Source of the DNA: an uncultured Syntrophaceae bacterium
GTDB taxonomy: Bacteria; Desulfobacterota; BSN033; UBA1163
Reading direction: 5' to 3'
Assembly (NCBI GenBank): GCA_964517975.1
Contig: CAZFDM010000242.1
Location: 143 to 64,142 of the forward strand
Length of the DNA: 64,000 nucleotides
Part shown: positions 29,312-38,413 of the stretch, one piece after another
How the letters are laid out: every line of letters starts with the position of its first letter
How positions within the stretch are numbered: position 1 is the stretch's first letter
Program-made: the position numbers and the translations under genes
Notes under the pieces: model-generated
What the model saw: the letters and a program-made list of their open reading frames with translations, nothing else
What the model was told of the DNA's origin: nothing
Databases searched by the model: none

Positions 29312-30190
29312 CTATTGAGTTAAGACAGTTTCCATTTGTTCCCACATTCGCTGAATGATCCTTTGAACCTCATTACAGGGATAATCCATAACAGTCTTCC
29401 TATTTACCAGAGCCTCGACCACTTTAGGTTCGTAGGGGATTTTTCCGAGGAGTTGAGAGCCGTTCTTCTCACAATAGAAAGATATCTTATCAGAGTTTTC
29501 AAGGTTCAAATCGAATTTATTGATGCAGACCATCGAGGGAATTTTGAAATGATCGGAGAGTTTCAAGATTCTCTCCAGATCGTGGATTCCTGAAAGGGTG
29601 GGTTCGGTGACGGCTAAAACCACGTTGACCCCCGTTATGGATGCAGTGACAGGGCATCCGATGCCTGGGGGGCCATCAATCAGGATTAAATTTAGATTCT
29701 TCTCTTTTGCAATCTCTGTAGCCTGCTTTCTCACAACGGTCACGAGTTTTCCTGAGTTCTCTTCCCCAATCCCCAACCGTGCATGGACAAAGGGGCCATA
29801 AGGTGTTTCAGAGACAAACCAATCTCCTGAAAATGCCTCCTCCATCATAATGGCATTTTCGGGACAAACATGTAAACAAAACCCGCAGCCCTCACATGAG
29901 ATATAATTTACCACTCCGTTATCGATCGCATTAAAGCGGCAAACCTCTGTACAGATGCCGCATTGGGTACATTTATCTAAATCTACGTGAGGAGATCTTT
30001 TGCCAAAATATTTTTCCTGTTTCAGTACCCTGGGGCGGAGCAAAAGGTGGAGGTCAGCGGCATCCACATCGCAATCCACCATGACTTTATTTTTTGCTAA
30101 AGCTGCAAAGGCAGCGGCAATGGTGGTTTTCCCTGTTCCACCCTTCCCACTCACGATGGCCAATTGTTTAATCTCTTTGCTCATAACCAA
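29312..30190 (-). CDS. MinD/ParA-type P-loop ATPase with inserted 2x[4Fe-4S] ferredoxin domain
   Basis: GKGGTGKTT Walker A; two CxxCxxCxxxCP motifs. Confidence 0.8.
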   Translation of the reverse strand: MVMSKEIKQLAIVSGKGGTGKTTIAAAFAALAKNKVMVDCDVDAADLHLLLRPRVLKQEKYFGKRSPHVDLDKCTQCGICTEVCRFNAIDNGVVNYISCEGCGFCLHVCPENAIMMEEAFSGDWFVSETPYGPFVHARLGIGEENSGKLVTVVRKQATEIAKEKNLNLILIDGPPGIGCPVTASITGVNVVLAVTEPTLSGIHDLERILKLSDHFKIPSMVCINKFDLNLENSDKISFYCEKNGSQLLGKIPYEPKVVEALVNRKTVMDYPCNEVQRIIQRMWEQMETVLTQ

Positions 30191-30212
30191 GTCTAAACAT
30201 TTGAGTTTAAGA

Positions 30213-30656
30213 TTATAAATTCTTTTTCTCTTTATAATTTGCGATAGCCTGGTGAAGCCCTCTTATCGCCAGCAAAGAACAATGAGCCTTCCTTGCGGGG
30301 ATTCCACCAGCCGCTTTGATCACATCATTATCTGTAAGTTGTAACGCCTCATCCAGTGTCTTCCCGATGGCCAGCTCCGTGGCAATACTGGAGGTGGAAA
30401 TGGCACCAGGACATCCCTGGGTTAAAAATTTAAAAGCAGATATCCTCCCGTCTTCCACTTTGAGATAAACCCTGATGAAATCTCCACAGGAAGGATCTCC
30501 AACTACTGCTACAGCGTCAGGGTTCTCAATTTCTCCCACATTCCTCGGGTGCAGGAAATGATCAATCAATGTATCGTTATAAACGAGATAACCCACATCT
30601 TCGTCCAAACTCTCTTCGGTGGGCAGATAGGGTTCATTTTCTTTGACTTGACTCAT
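30213..30656 (-). CDS. IscU/NifU-N-terminal-type Fe-S cluster scaffold
   Basis: GDPSCGD...GCPGA...HCSLL conserved Cys triad. Confidence 0.85.
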   Translation of the reverse strand: MSQVKENEPYLPTEESLDEDVGYLVYNDTLIDHFLHPRNVGEIENPDAVAVVGDPSCGDFIRVYLKVEDGRISAFKFLTQGCPGAISTSSIATELAIGKTLDEALQLTDNDVIKAAGGIPARKAHCSLLAIRGLHQAIANYKEKKNL

Positions 30657-31488
30657 AGAATTCCTCCACCTTTTTAAAGAGACTTAAAAATTGAGGAATA
30701 TAGGAAGAATTTTCAACAACAATGGGAATCCCCTTTGAATACGACTCCGCTATTTGCCGATCCATTGGAATCTCCATGAGGATGGGAATATGTTTCGATT
30801 GGCAATAATCCCAGACCTCCCGATCTCCAACATTCGCCTTATTAATAACCACTCCCTTTGGAATTCCTAACTTCTCCAGCATCCCCACTGCCAACTCCAG
30901 GTCATTCAGCCCAAAAATTGTTGGTTCGGTAACAAGAATGCAAAAGTCACTTCCCTTTACCGTTTCAATGACCGGACAAGCTGTTCCTGGAGGGGCATCA
31001 AGAATAACGATTTTGTCCCGCTGAATCTTTTCTTTAACCTTTCGAATCAGTGGAGATGCCATAGGTTCTCCCACATTAAGAACTCCATTAACAAAAGGAA
31101 TCCCATCTGAACTTCCTTCCTGGACAATCCCAATTTCCTTCTCCACTTCAAAAATAGCCTTTTCAGGGCATAGATAAGAACAGGCCCCACAACCGTGACA
31201 GAGCTCATCAAAGACCAATACAGTTTTTAGAATGACAGCAATTGCATGATATTCACAGACCTGAGCACATCTGCTACAGGAAGAGCACCTTGTTTCATCA
31301 ATTCGGGGAACTGGAATTCCCATGGAGGTAACCTGGTGGATGGTGGGGGATAGAAACAGGTGGGAATTCGGTTCCTCCACATCGCAGTCAATCAATTGGA
31401 CAGTCCCTTTGGGGAGCGAAAGGGCTAAATTAACAGCGATAGTGGTCTTTCCAGTCCCCCCTTTTCCGCTTGCTATGGAAATGATCAT
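30634..31488 (-). CDS. MinD/ParA-type P-loop ATPase with 4Fe-4S ferredoxin insert (paralog)
   Basis: GKGGTGKTT; CSSCSRCAQVCE and CHGCGACSYLCP. Confidence 0.8.
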   Translation of the reverse strand: MIISIASGKGGTGKTTIAVNLALSLPKGTVQLIDCDVEEPNSHLFLSPTIHQVTSMGIPVPRIDETRCSSCSRCAQVCEYHAIAVILKTVLVFDELCHGCGACSYLCPEKAIFEVEKEIGIVQEGSSDGIPFVNGVLNVGEPMASPLIRKVKEKIQRDKIVILDAPPGTACPVIETVKGSDFCILVTEPTIFGLNDLELAVGMLEKLGIPKGVVINKANVGDREVWDYCQSKHIPILMEIPMDRQIAESYSKGIPIVVENSSYIPQFLSLFKKVEEFYESSQRK

Positions 31489-31521
31489 GGTCTTTATAGG
31501 TTTCTCTCAAGTAGAAATTTC

Positions 31522-32484
31522 TTAATTGATTTTGACATTCTCGTAATAGCAACGATGCTCATATATTCGGTACCGGATTGCCCCTGTTTTTATAAGATGA
31601 CCTAAGTGTTTCACAACCTCATCCATATGGAGTCCAAGAGCCTTAGAAATATCTTCCGTTGTGCAGGGTCTCCTTCTAATCAAATTAAGGATCTCTGTGT
31701 CCTTTACGGAATTAAATTCCTCTCCCAGAGGGGCGGCAAATTCAGTAATAATCTCTGCTTTATCTCCAAGTTTTTCCCCTATCTCTTCAAGTTGAGTGGT
31801 CGTTAAGGGATAAGCAAATTCCTCAGCAGGAGGCCTGATGGGTGTGTTCAATTGAACCCTATCGGGCTGGATCCTCTCGATGACCTTCTTGAGTCTATCA
31901 ATCTCTTCTCCTTCATCATTGATTCCCCTGCAAAAAACCACCTCAAGCCATATCTGACCTCGATACTCTTTTCGAAATTGAATTAGACCCGATATGATTT
32001 CGCTTATTTTTAACGATGGATGTGGCCTATTGATATGTTCAAAAACGGTTGGAGTAATCGCATCCAGAGAAGGAAGAACAACATCCGCCTCAACCAAATC
32101 TTTTCTGACTTCTTCAAAAGAGAGTAAAGATCCATTCGTTAGAACCGCCAAAGGAATGGCAGTCAAATGCTTGATGGTGTGGATGATCTCTCCAATATTT
32201 TGATTGAGCGTGGGCTCCCCTGACCCGGAAAGCGTAATATAATCTGGCTTCTTTTCTGAGGAGGATAAAGTGAGATCCAGTTCCCTCTGGACTTCTTCAG
32301 TTGATACATAAGATTTTCGAAGGGTTGTTTTAAAAGTGGTCCTTTCCAGATCACAATAGATACAATCAAAGGTGCAGGTCTTATATGGGACAAGATCAAC
32401 TCCCAAAGACCTTCCCAGCCTTCTTGAGGGGACAGGGCCAAAGATATATTTTTGATCAGTCAGTTTTTTACCCATGCCTATCAA
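31522..32484 (-). CDS. Radical SAM protein
   Basis: CTFDCIYC (CxxxCxxC) motif, 320 aa. Confidence 0.8.
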   Translation of the reverse strand: MIGMGKKLTDQKYIFGPVPSRRLGRSLGVDLVPYKTCTFDCIYCDLERTTFKTTLRKSYVSTEEVQRELDLTLSSSEKKPDYITLSGSGEPTLNQNIGEIIHTIKHLTAIPLAVLTNGSLLSFEEVRKDLVEADVVLPSLDAITPTVFEHINRPHPSLKISEIISGLIQFRKEYRGQIWLEVVFCRGINDEGEEIDRLKKVIERIQPDRVQLNTPIRPPAEEFAYPLTTTQLEEIGEKLGDKAEIITEFAAPLGEEFNSVKDTEILNLIRRRPCTTEDISKALGLHMDEVVKHLGHLIKTGAIRYRIYEHRCYYENVKIN

Positions 32485-32699
32485 TGCTCGGTTTTCTCAA
32501 ATTCTTGAAGCAATCTCTTCTGATCGACACCAAACAGAATACAAGCCATCCCGAGTGTCTGGATTTTAAAGCCTGCTCTTTTCAGGCAATGCCCCCCAAA
32601 ATATCTTTCCATGACCTTAGACATCTGGGGATATTGCCTTAGAATACCCCCAATCAATTTATTTTCTAAAGAGGAACCCTTAAACGAAAACGATGTCAT
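32481..32699 (-). CDS. DUF1858-like small protein
   Basis: 72 aa, weak resemblance. Confidence 0.4.
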   Translation of the reverse strand: MTSFSFKGSSLENKLIGGILRQYPQMSKVMERYFGGHCLKRAGFKIQTLGMACILFGVDQKRLLQEFEKTEH

Positions 32700-33148
32700 T
32701 TCTCCGCCCCTTGATTAACCATTCTTTTCATGATCCTATATTTTCCTTCTGCACTTGCCACCCTCTTCCCATCCACCAAAGCCTTCCCTTCTAAGAGGAA
32801 CATTTCATGGATTTGGTCAACAATCCTCGCTTCTAACTTCACAACTGTTCCTGTTCGAATGGGAGTGGAATACTTGATCGACAACCTTCCCGTGAGGGCA
32901 GGGATATCCTTCATTAAGAGACAGTGGGTCATCGCAGAATCCAACAGGGTTGCGATGATTCCTCCGTGAATGATGCCTGAATAGCCTTCATACTTCGGGT
33001 CTGCAAAGAAACTTCCGAAGACAGCCCCATCTTCATGTTTGTAAAACTTGAGACCTAAACCCATTCCATCATTTGAGCCACAGGCAAAACAATTCCTATG
33101 GAGATTGGTTTCTACTTCCTCTTTTTCAACGATCAACATTTCATTCAT
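32696..33148 (-). CDS. PaaI-family hotdog-fold thioesterase
   Basis: HGGIIATLLDSAM motif. Confidence 0.75.
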   Translation of the reverse strand: MNEMLIVEKEEVETNLHRNCFACGSNDGMGLGLKFYKHEDGAVFGSFFADPKYEGYSGIIHGGIIATLLDSAMTHCLLMKDIPALTGRLSIKYSTPIRTGTVVKLEARIVDQIHEMFLLEGKALVDGKRVASAEGKYRIMKRMVNQGAEK

Positions 33149-33194
33149 GGAATCCCTAATTTTCTAAACCAGATCCGCTTTCCTATCACATAAG

Positions 33195-33425
33195 CTATTT
33201 TCTCGTCATTGTTGCACCACATTTGGGGCACTTCATAGAGTAGCAGGGTATTCCAGCTTCATGATCAGCAGTCGTTCCGCATTTAGGACAAATGCATTCT
33301 CCACCAGGACCTGCGCCAGCTCTTGAGCCTCCCATCCTTCCCCTACGGGAGCCACCCATTCCTGCACCTCTACCTGTCCCTGGACCACTCCCCCAGGGAG
33401 GACCTGTTCTATCACCTCTTGGCAT
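33195..33425 (-). CDS. DUF5320 family protein
   Basis: [17 protein letters not shown]-terminal signature, Gly/Arg-rich, C-terminal Cys pairs. Confidence 0.55.
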   Translation of the reverse strand: MPRGDRTGPPWGSGPGTGRGAGMGGSRRGRMGGSRAGAGPGGECICPKCGTTADHEAGIPCYSMKCPKCGATMTRK

Positions 33426-33522
33426 ATTAATGACCTCCTTTTTTCATGTAAGGGCTTATGGGGATTGGATGTCCAATCCCCATGGGCTCCATCATCGTCC
33501 CCATGCAACCACTTGCACTTTA

Positions 33523-33786
33523 TTACCACCAACGACGGAACCCGCGCCCGCCACCAAATACCCTTCCACGACCTCCACCCCACGGAAGCCCTCCACGGCC
33601 TGCCCCAAAGACAGGACCATAAAACGGCCGACCATAGAATGGGTACATGCCAGTAGGTGGATAATAAGGTGCCCGGAAGCCATAACCATAAGGTCTGTAT
33701 GGAATCGCACAGAAACCTCTACCTCCACCCGTCATTGGACCCAGACCCATTGGTCCTGTTCCATCAAATCCTGGCATAAAAAACAC
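33523..33786 (-). CDS. DUF5320 family protein
   Basis: MPGFDGTGPMGLGPMTGGGRGFCA signature; Gly/Pro/Tyr/Arg-rich. Confidence 0.55.
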   Translation of the reverse strand: MFFMPGFDGTGPMGLGPMTGGGRGFCAIPYRPYGYGFRAPYYPPTGMYPFYGRPFYGPVFGAGRGGLPWGGGRGRVFGGGRGFRRWW

Positions 33787-33806
33787 CTCCTTTCCATTGG
33801 GGGATA

Positions 33807-33830
33807 CGTGATTCGTGACTCGTGATTCGT
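33807..33830 (-). promoter_or_regulatory. Tandem heptad CACGNNN repeats in the 5' leader of a DUF5320 gene
   Basis: Minus strand GAATCACGAGTCACGAATCACG immediately upstream of the AGGAGG RBS. More GTGA/TCAC half-sites up to 33870, including a partial Rex-like TTGTGAA-N4-.CAC. Confidence 0.35.
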
Positions 33831-33870
33831 TAAATGCATTCTGAGTGACGATTCACAACCAAAGTCACAA

Positions 33871-34119
33871 TTATTTTTTCAACTCTTCGAGCCTCTTTTC
33901 AATCTGATTCAACTCTTCTCGAAGGAAATTGGCTTCTTCTTCAAGAAACCGAATCTCATCTTCCTTTGTAGGAGGTCCCCAAGGAGGAACAGGTGCTCCA
34001 TAGCCCCATGGATTACACCGCCACCCTCTACCAAACCCATAAGGGTAACGTCTCCATCCCATAGGTCCCATACCATATGGCATAATCATCCCTCCTTTCA
34101 ATGCCGTGATTCGTGTCAC
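33871..34119 (-). CDS. DUF5320 family protein with C-terminal coiled-coil
   Basis: PYGMGPMGWRR...EEEANFLREELNQIEKRLEELKK. Confidence 0.55.
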   Translation of the reverse strand: MTRITALKGGMIMPYGMGPMGWRRYPYGFGRGWRCNPWGYGAPVPPWGPPTKEDEIRFLEEEANFLREELNQIEKRLEELKK

Positions 34120-34132
34120 GTGTTTCGTGTCC
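34105..34132 (-). promoter_or_regulatory. Second copy of the CACGNNN heptad repeats in a DUF5320 5' leader
   Basis: Minus strand GACACGAAACACGTGACACGAATCACGG upstream of the GGAGGG RBS. Confidence 0.35.
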
Positions 34133-34137
34133 GACTT

Positions 34138-34536
34138 TCAAGATCCTCTACGACCACCCATGCCCCGGCCACCTCCCATGCCAAAGTGGGGAGGAACCGT
34201 AGCACCACTGGCTTCCTTCAGAGTTCCTGATTTGAAGGCTTCGACCACCTCTTTTATTGTCCCACCAGGAACGAGGTAGACTTTGATTCCGGATGCCGAA
34301 AGAGCAGAAGCAGCATTTGGTCCAAGATTGCCAGTAATCAAAGCCTTTGCCCCTTTCTGCACAATAAGTTGAGCGGCCTGAACCCCAGCCCCTCCCATGG
34401 CCATCAAGCCTTCATTCTCGAGGGCTTCAAATTCCATTGTCTCTGGGTCAACAAAAATAAAATACTGGCATCTTCCAAATCGTGGGTCGATCGGGGAATT
34501 AAGATCTTTCCCTGTAGAACTGACAGCAATCTTCAT
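34138..34536 (-). CDS. NifX/NafY-like dinitrogenase FeMo-cofactor-binding family protein with Gly/Arg-rich tail
   Basis: MKIAVSS...DPRFGRCQYF pattern; start ATG overlaps the upstream stop. Confidence 0.7.
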   Translation of the reverse strand: MKIAVSSTGKDLNSPIDPRFGRCQYFIFVDPETMEFEALENEGLMAMGGAGVQAAQLIVQKGAKALITGNLGPNAASALSASGIKVYLVPGGTIKEVVEAFKSGTLKEASGATVPPHFGMGGGRGMGGRRGS

Positions 34537-34922
34537 CGTCCCTCCTCTCCGCATCCGTGCTCATGTCCATGGTGCTCACAAGCAACCACTCCTTGAATTT
34601 CTCCTTTAAGATAAGCCTCGACAACGTCCTTCACTTTTCCTTGGACTCCTGTCGCCACATCAATCCCAAATTGCGTGAAAAAGTCTATAGCCCTTGGTCC
34701 CATTCCACCCGCAATCATCACATTCGCCTTTTTTGAATGGATAAACTGGGGAATGACTCCAGGTTGATGGTTTGGATAGTAAGGGTTCTTTACCACCTCA
34801 AAACTAAGAATTCGGTCTCCCTCTACATTTACAAAGGTATAGAAGGGACACCTACCAAAATGGGCACTGAGGTATCCCTCAAGGCCTGAACCATCTTCAG
34901 AAGCCAATGCAATTCTCTTCAT
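34533..34922 (-). CDS. NifX/NafY-like family protein with His/Cys-rich C-terminus
   Basis: MKRIALASEDGSGLEGYLSAHFGRCPFY; C-terminal CEHHGHEHGCGEEG. Confidence 0.7.
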   Translation of the reverse strand: MKRIALASEDGSGLEGYLSAHFGRCPFYTFVNVEGDRILSFEVVKNPYYPNHQPGVIPQFIHSKKANVMIAGGMGPRAIDFFTQFGIDVATGVQGKVKDVVEAYLKGEIQGVVACEHHGHEHGCGEEGR

Positions 34923-35863
34923 CTCTTTACCTCCCCTTTGAAATGATATGGAAATTTCTCTCTTTCCATTTGTTTCTCTATTTCCTTAAGACCTACATAT
35001 TGTTTACAACGTTGTGCTATCTCCCTAAATGCTTTGGTCACCTCAGATTCAGGATGGGCCATCACAAAGGGCATTCCTCTGTCACAATCGTTGACCATTT
35101 CAGGGTCAATGGGAATTCTTCCCAAGAACGGAACCCTCATATCGTGTGCTGCTTTTTCACCGCCACCTTTCTTAAAAAGAGAAATCTCTTTATGACAGTA
35201 AGGGCAAATCAATCCGCTCATATTCTCCACAATACCAATTACAGGAATACCAAGTATCCCACTAAATGTGACAGCCTTTCTCGAATCAAGTAGCGCCACA
35301 TCCTGAGGAGTAGTTACAATGATGGAGCCATCCACATTCTTAATGAGATGGGCTACGCTGAGCGGTTCATCCCCTGTCCCTGGAGGAAGATCGATGATAA
35401 GGAAATCAAGATATCCCCACTCCACTTCTCCCAGAAATTGACTGATAGCACTATGTTTAAGCGGACCTCTCCAGATCACTGGATGATCCCTATCCCCAAT
35501 AAAAAAGGCCATAGAGATAACTTTTAAATTTGGGAAAACATCTACCGGGGTCATCCCTTTATTCGACCCTTCGACCATTCTGGATTCGATTCCCAACATT
35601 TTAGGGATATTGGGGCCATGAATATCAGCATCAAGAAGTCCAACTTCAAAACCATCTAATGCAAGACTAACGGCTATATTCGTAGCCACCGTGCTTTTCC
35701 CCACTCCTCCTTTCCCACTCATCACCATCATCCGATATTTAATGTAAGAAAGTTTTGACTTCAGTCTTTCCTGAGTATGGGCTTCTTTTTCTTGCTGACT
35801 GCAAGAACTGGACTGATTACAAGTTTCACAGATTGTATCTTTGTCACATTTTTCTTTAGTCAT
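34919..35863 (-). CDS. Mrp/NBP35/ApbC-family Fe-S cluster carrier ATPase with Cys-rich N-terminus
   Basis: GKGGVGKST Walker A, CPYC motif, N-terminal CDKDTICETCNQSSSC. Confidence 0.85.
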   Translation of the reverse strand: MTKEKCDKDTICETCNQSSSCSQQEKEAHTQERLKSKLSYIKYRMMVMSGKGGVGKSTVATNIAVSLALDGFEVGLLDADIHGPNIPKMLGIESRMVEGSNKGMTPVDVFPNLKVISMAFFIGDRDHPVIWRGPLKHSAISQFLGEVEWGYLDFLIIDLPPGTGDEPLSVAHLIKNVDGSIIVTTPQDVALLDSRKAVTFSGILGIPVIGIVENMSGLICPYCHKEISLFKKGGGEKAAHDMRVPFLGRIPIDPEMVNDCDRGMPFVMAHPESEVTKAFREIAQRCKQYVGLKEIEKQMEREKFPYHFKGEVKR

Positions 35864-36247
35864 CTATATTCTCCTCCTTCCACGAAATCCCCTTCTCCAA
35901 CCACAAAGACCTCTCCCTCCCCTCTTCTCACAGCAAAAGCCCGAACGGAGTCTTCCTCTCATGAAGAGATCAAAAGCCACCTCAGCTTCTCCCATCACAT
36001 CATGAACGACGTCAACTCCTTTATTCCCAAGTTGACGCAAAGAGAATTCATCGATTCCCCCACAGATGACCTTATCCACCCCATTTGAAGTGATCTGATC
36101 CAAACGCTGGGTAAGATTTAGATTAGCCGTTGGTATCTTCTCCTTACCTATGACCTCGCCATTCTTTACCTCGATGACCCACACCTCTGGGGAGAAATCA
36201 AACCGGGGTGAAATACGATCTCCAAAAATAGAAATAGCAACCTTCAT
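35864..36247 (-). CDS. NifX/NafY-like family protein with Arg/Gly-rich tail
   Basis: MKVAISIFGDRISPRFDFSPEVWVIEV. Confidence 0.65.
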   Translation of the reverse strand: MKVAISIFGDRISPRFDFSPEVWVIEVKNGEVIGKEKIPTANLNLTQRLDQITSNGVDKVICGGIDEFSLRQLGNKGVDVVHDVMGEAEVAFDLFMRGRLRSGFCCEKRGGRGLCGWRRGFRGRRRI

Positions 36248-36262
36248 TCTATTATCAAGATT

Positions 36263-36278
36263 AGCAAAATGAATGCCA
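36263..36278 (-). promoter_or_regulatory. Candidate sigma-54 (-24/-12) promoter facing the nifX-like/mrp/DUF5320 gene block
   Basis: Minus strand TGGCAT-N5-TTGCT with exact GG-N10-GC spacing. Only about 16 nt from the ATG, so either a near-leaderless transcript or the start codon is misplaced. Confidence 0.4.
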
Positions 36279-36374
36279 GGGAGTAAAAAGGGGGATAAAT
36301 GATAAAAAATTAAGTAGTTTTGAGAAGTTCCATTGTTATGGAATTAAAAGGGATGCTGGATTGGATTAAAAAGA

Positions 36375-36422
36375 AATGTTTCAATTTGAAACATATGAAA
36401 CATATAGTTTCATTATTGAAAC
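36375..36422. promoter_or_regulatory. Cluster of TGTTTCA/TGAAACA palindromes (candidate upstream activator sites)
   Basis: atgtttcaa-tt-tgaaacat (perfect 9-bp IR) followed by atgaaac-atata-gtttcat and a further tgaaact; lies between the sigma-54 activator gene and the sigma-54 promoter. Confidence 0.4.
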
Positions 36423-36425
36423 TAT

Positions 36426-37763
36426 TTACATTAATCCATATCTTTTTATCTTCCTCCAAAGGGTTGCCCTACTTATACCCAATTCATGGGCTGTTTTTAT
36501 CCGATTGCCTTTGTTTTTTTCTAAAATCTTTTTCACTATTTCTGCCTCAGCCTTTTTAAAAGGAGGGGGTTCTTCTAACGGAGTGGTGGAATCCTTGTTC
36601 TCTTCCTTCATTATCACTTCCTTAGGCAAGCAGTCCACATCAATCTTATTCCCATCACATAGGACGAAGGCATGTTCTATGATGTTTTCGAGTTCCCTGA
36701 CATTTCCAGGAAAGTCATATTTCAAAAGCAATCGGAAAGCCTGATCGGATAACCCTGTGATCTGTTTTCCCATTTTGGCATTAAACTTTTGAATGAATGC
36801 ATCGATCAGCAAAGGAATATCTTCCCTTCTTTGTGAAAGGGGAGGAAGTTCGATTTTTACCACATTAAGGCGATAGAAGAGGTCATCTCTGAATTTTCCT
36901 TCATTAACCAGCCTTGAGAGGTCTTTATTTGTTGCTGCAATGATTCGAACATCAGTTTTTCTTGGACTGTTTGAACCCAAGGGTTCATACTCTTTCTCCT
37001 GGAGAACACGAAGGAGTTTAACTTGAAGCGCAGGGGACATATCCCCCACCTCATCCAAAAAGATTGTCCCTCCATTGGCAATGGCAAATCTTCCAGGCTT
37101 ATCTTTCTTAGCATCGGTAAAGGCTCCCTTAACGTATCCAAAAAGCTCGGATTCGAGCAAGGTGTCGGGAAGGGCACCACAATTGACCTTGATAAAAGGC
37201 TTATCTTTCCTACGACTCAGATGATGAATGGCCTTTGCAAAAAGTTCTTTGCCCGTCCCACTGGCCCCTTGAATTAAGACAGAGCTATCGCTCTCCGCTA
37301 CATTGGGAAGAATGTTAAAAATATCATGAATCAAGTGATTTTTGCTGATGATATCACCAAGTGTATATTTTTGAGAGAGTTCCTTTTTAAGCTCTTCAAT
37401 CGTAGAGAGGTCTCTAAAGGTTTCCACTCCTCCAATAATCTGCCCTTTCTCATTCTTTAATACGGCAGTGCTAATACTGATGGGGACTTTTTGGCCTCCT
37501 TTCTTTAAGATGGTAGCAGGAAGGTTGATAATCTCCTTCTTTGTTTTGAGGGTTTCTTTCAGGGCACACCGGGTTTGGCAAATATCGGCTCTGAAGACAT
37601 CAAAGCAGTATCGGCCGACAGCCTCCCTACTGGAGAACCCAGTGATTTCTTCTCCGGCTTTATTTATAAAAGTAATCTTGCCCTCATTGTCGGTGGTGAA
37701 AACCCCATCTGCAATGCTGTTAAGGATGACATTAAAAAATTGATTAGGCTTCTTTTTTTCCAT
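36426..37763 (-). CDS. Sigma-54-dependent transcriptional activator with PAS sensor, AAA+ and Fis-type HTH domains
   Basis: PAS N-terminus, GESGTGKE Walker A, C-terminal HTH (ELGISRATLWRKIKRYG). Confidence 0.9.
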   Translation of the reverse strand: MEKKKPNQFFNVILNSIADGVFTTDNEGKITFINKAGEEITGFSSREAVGRYCFDVFRADICQTRCALKETLKTKKEIINLPATILKKGGQKVPISISTAVLKNEKGQIIGGVETFRDLSTIEELKKELSQKYTLGDIISKNHLIHDIFNILPNVAESDSSVLIQGASGTGKELFAKAIHHLSRRKDKPFIKVNCGALPDTLLESELFGYVKGAFTDAKKDKPGRFAIANGGTIFLDEVGDMSPALQVKLLRVLQEKEYEPLGSNSPRKTDVRIIAATNKDLSRLVNEGKFRDDLFYRLNVVKIELPPLSQRREDIPLLIDAFIQKFNAKMGKQITGLSDQAFRLLLKYDFPGNVRELENIIEHAFVLCDGNKIDVDCLPKEVIMKEENKDSTTPLEEPPPFKKAEAEIVKKILEKNKGNRIKTAHELGISRATLWRKIKRYGLM

Positions 37764-37882
37764 ATTTAAATTTTAACATAATGTTCATTAAGCATAAAGA
37801 ATAAACTGGATTTCTGTTTTGCCCGGAATGACAAACCCTATTTAGAGTTTTGTAAATGGGGAGATAATTCTTAGAGAAAATC

Positions 37883-38413
37883 TTATCCAAGTGAGGGGAA
37901 ATAATTTTTAAGGAGATCCCGAAGGGGTTTTTCTTCTCGAAAGACTTCTCCAATCAAAATTTCACGGATGATTCCTTGACGATCGATAAGAAAATTCGTA
38001 GGAATAGCATAAACGCCATACTTTTTGGCCACTGCCCCATCCGAATCCAGAGGCACAGGAAAGGTAATATCAAGTTGCGCGGTAAAGGCCAAAGCCACTT
38101 GGGCACTCTGCTTGACATTAAAGGCTAACACTAAAAACCCTTCTTTATTCAATTTACGATAATATTTATCGATAATCGGCATCTCGTACCGGCAGTAAGG
38201 ACACCAGTCTGCCCAGAATCTCAAAAGCACAATTTTCCCTCTGAGTTTATCCAGGGTCCAATGTTTCCCTTCAAGATCCTGGCAATTAAAATCAGGAGCA
38301 GGATTTCCCAATTTTGGAAGAGCAGATTTTTCTGTTTTTTCCTTACAGGCGAAGACTATGAGGGAAAAAAGAAGCCCAATAAAAAGAAACCTCAAGAACT
38401 TTAATTTCACCAT
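37883..38413 (-). CDS. TlpA/ResA-like periplasmic thiol:disulfide oxidoreductase
   Basis: Signal peptide; WADWCPYC redoxin motif. Confidence 0.8.
   Translation of the reverse strand: MVKLKFLRFLFIGLLFSLIVFACKEKTEKSALPKLGNPAPDFNCQDLEGKHWTLDKLRGKIVLLRFWADWCPYCRYEMPIIDKYYRKLNKEGFLVLAFNVKQSAQVALAFTAQLDITFPVPLDSDGAVAKKYGVYAIPTNFLIDRQGIIREILIGEVFREEKPLRDLLKNYFPSLG

Noticed and set aside
33292-33825. 177-aa plus-strand ORF and other plus-strand ORFs over the DUF5320 region
   Set aside because: Open frames arise from the GGN/CCN-rich coding of the Gly/Pro-rich minus-strand genes. The minus-strand ORFs have RBSs and family signatures.
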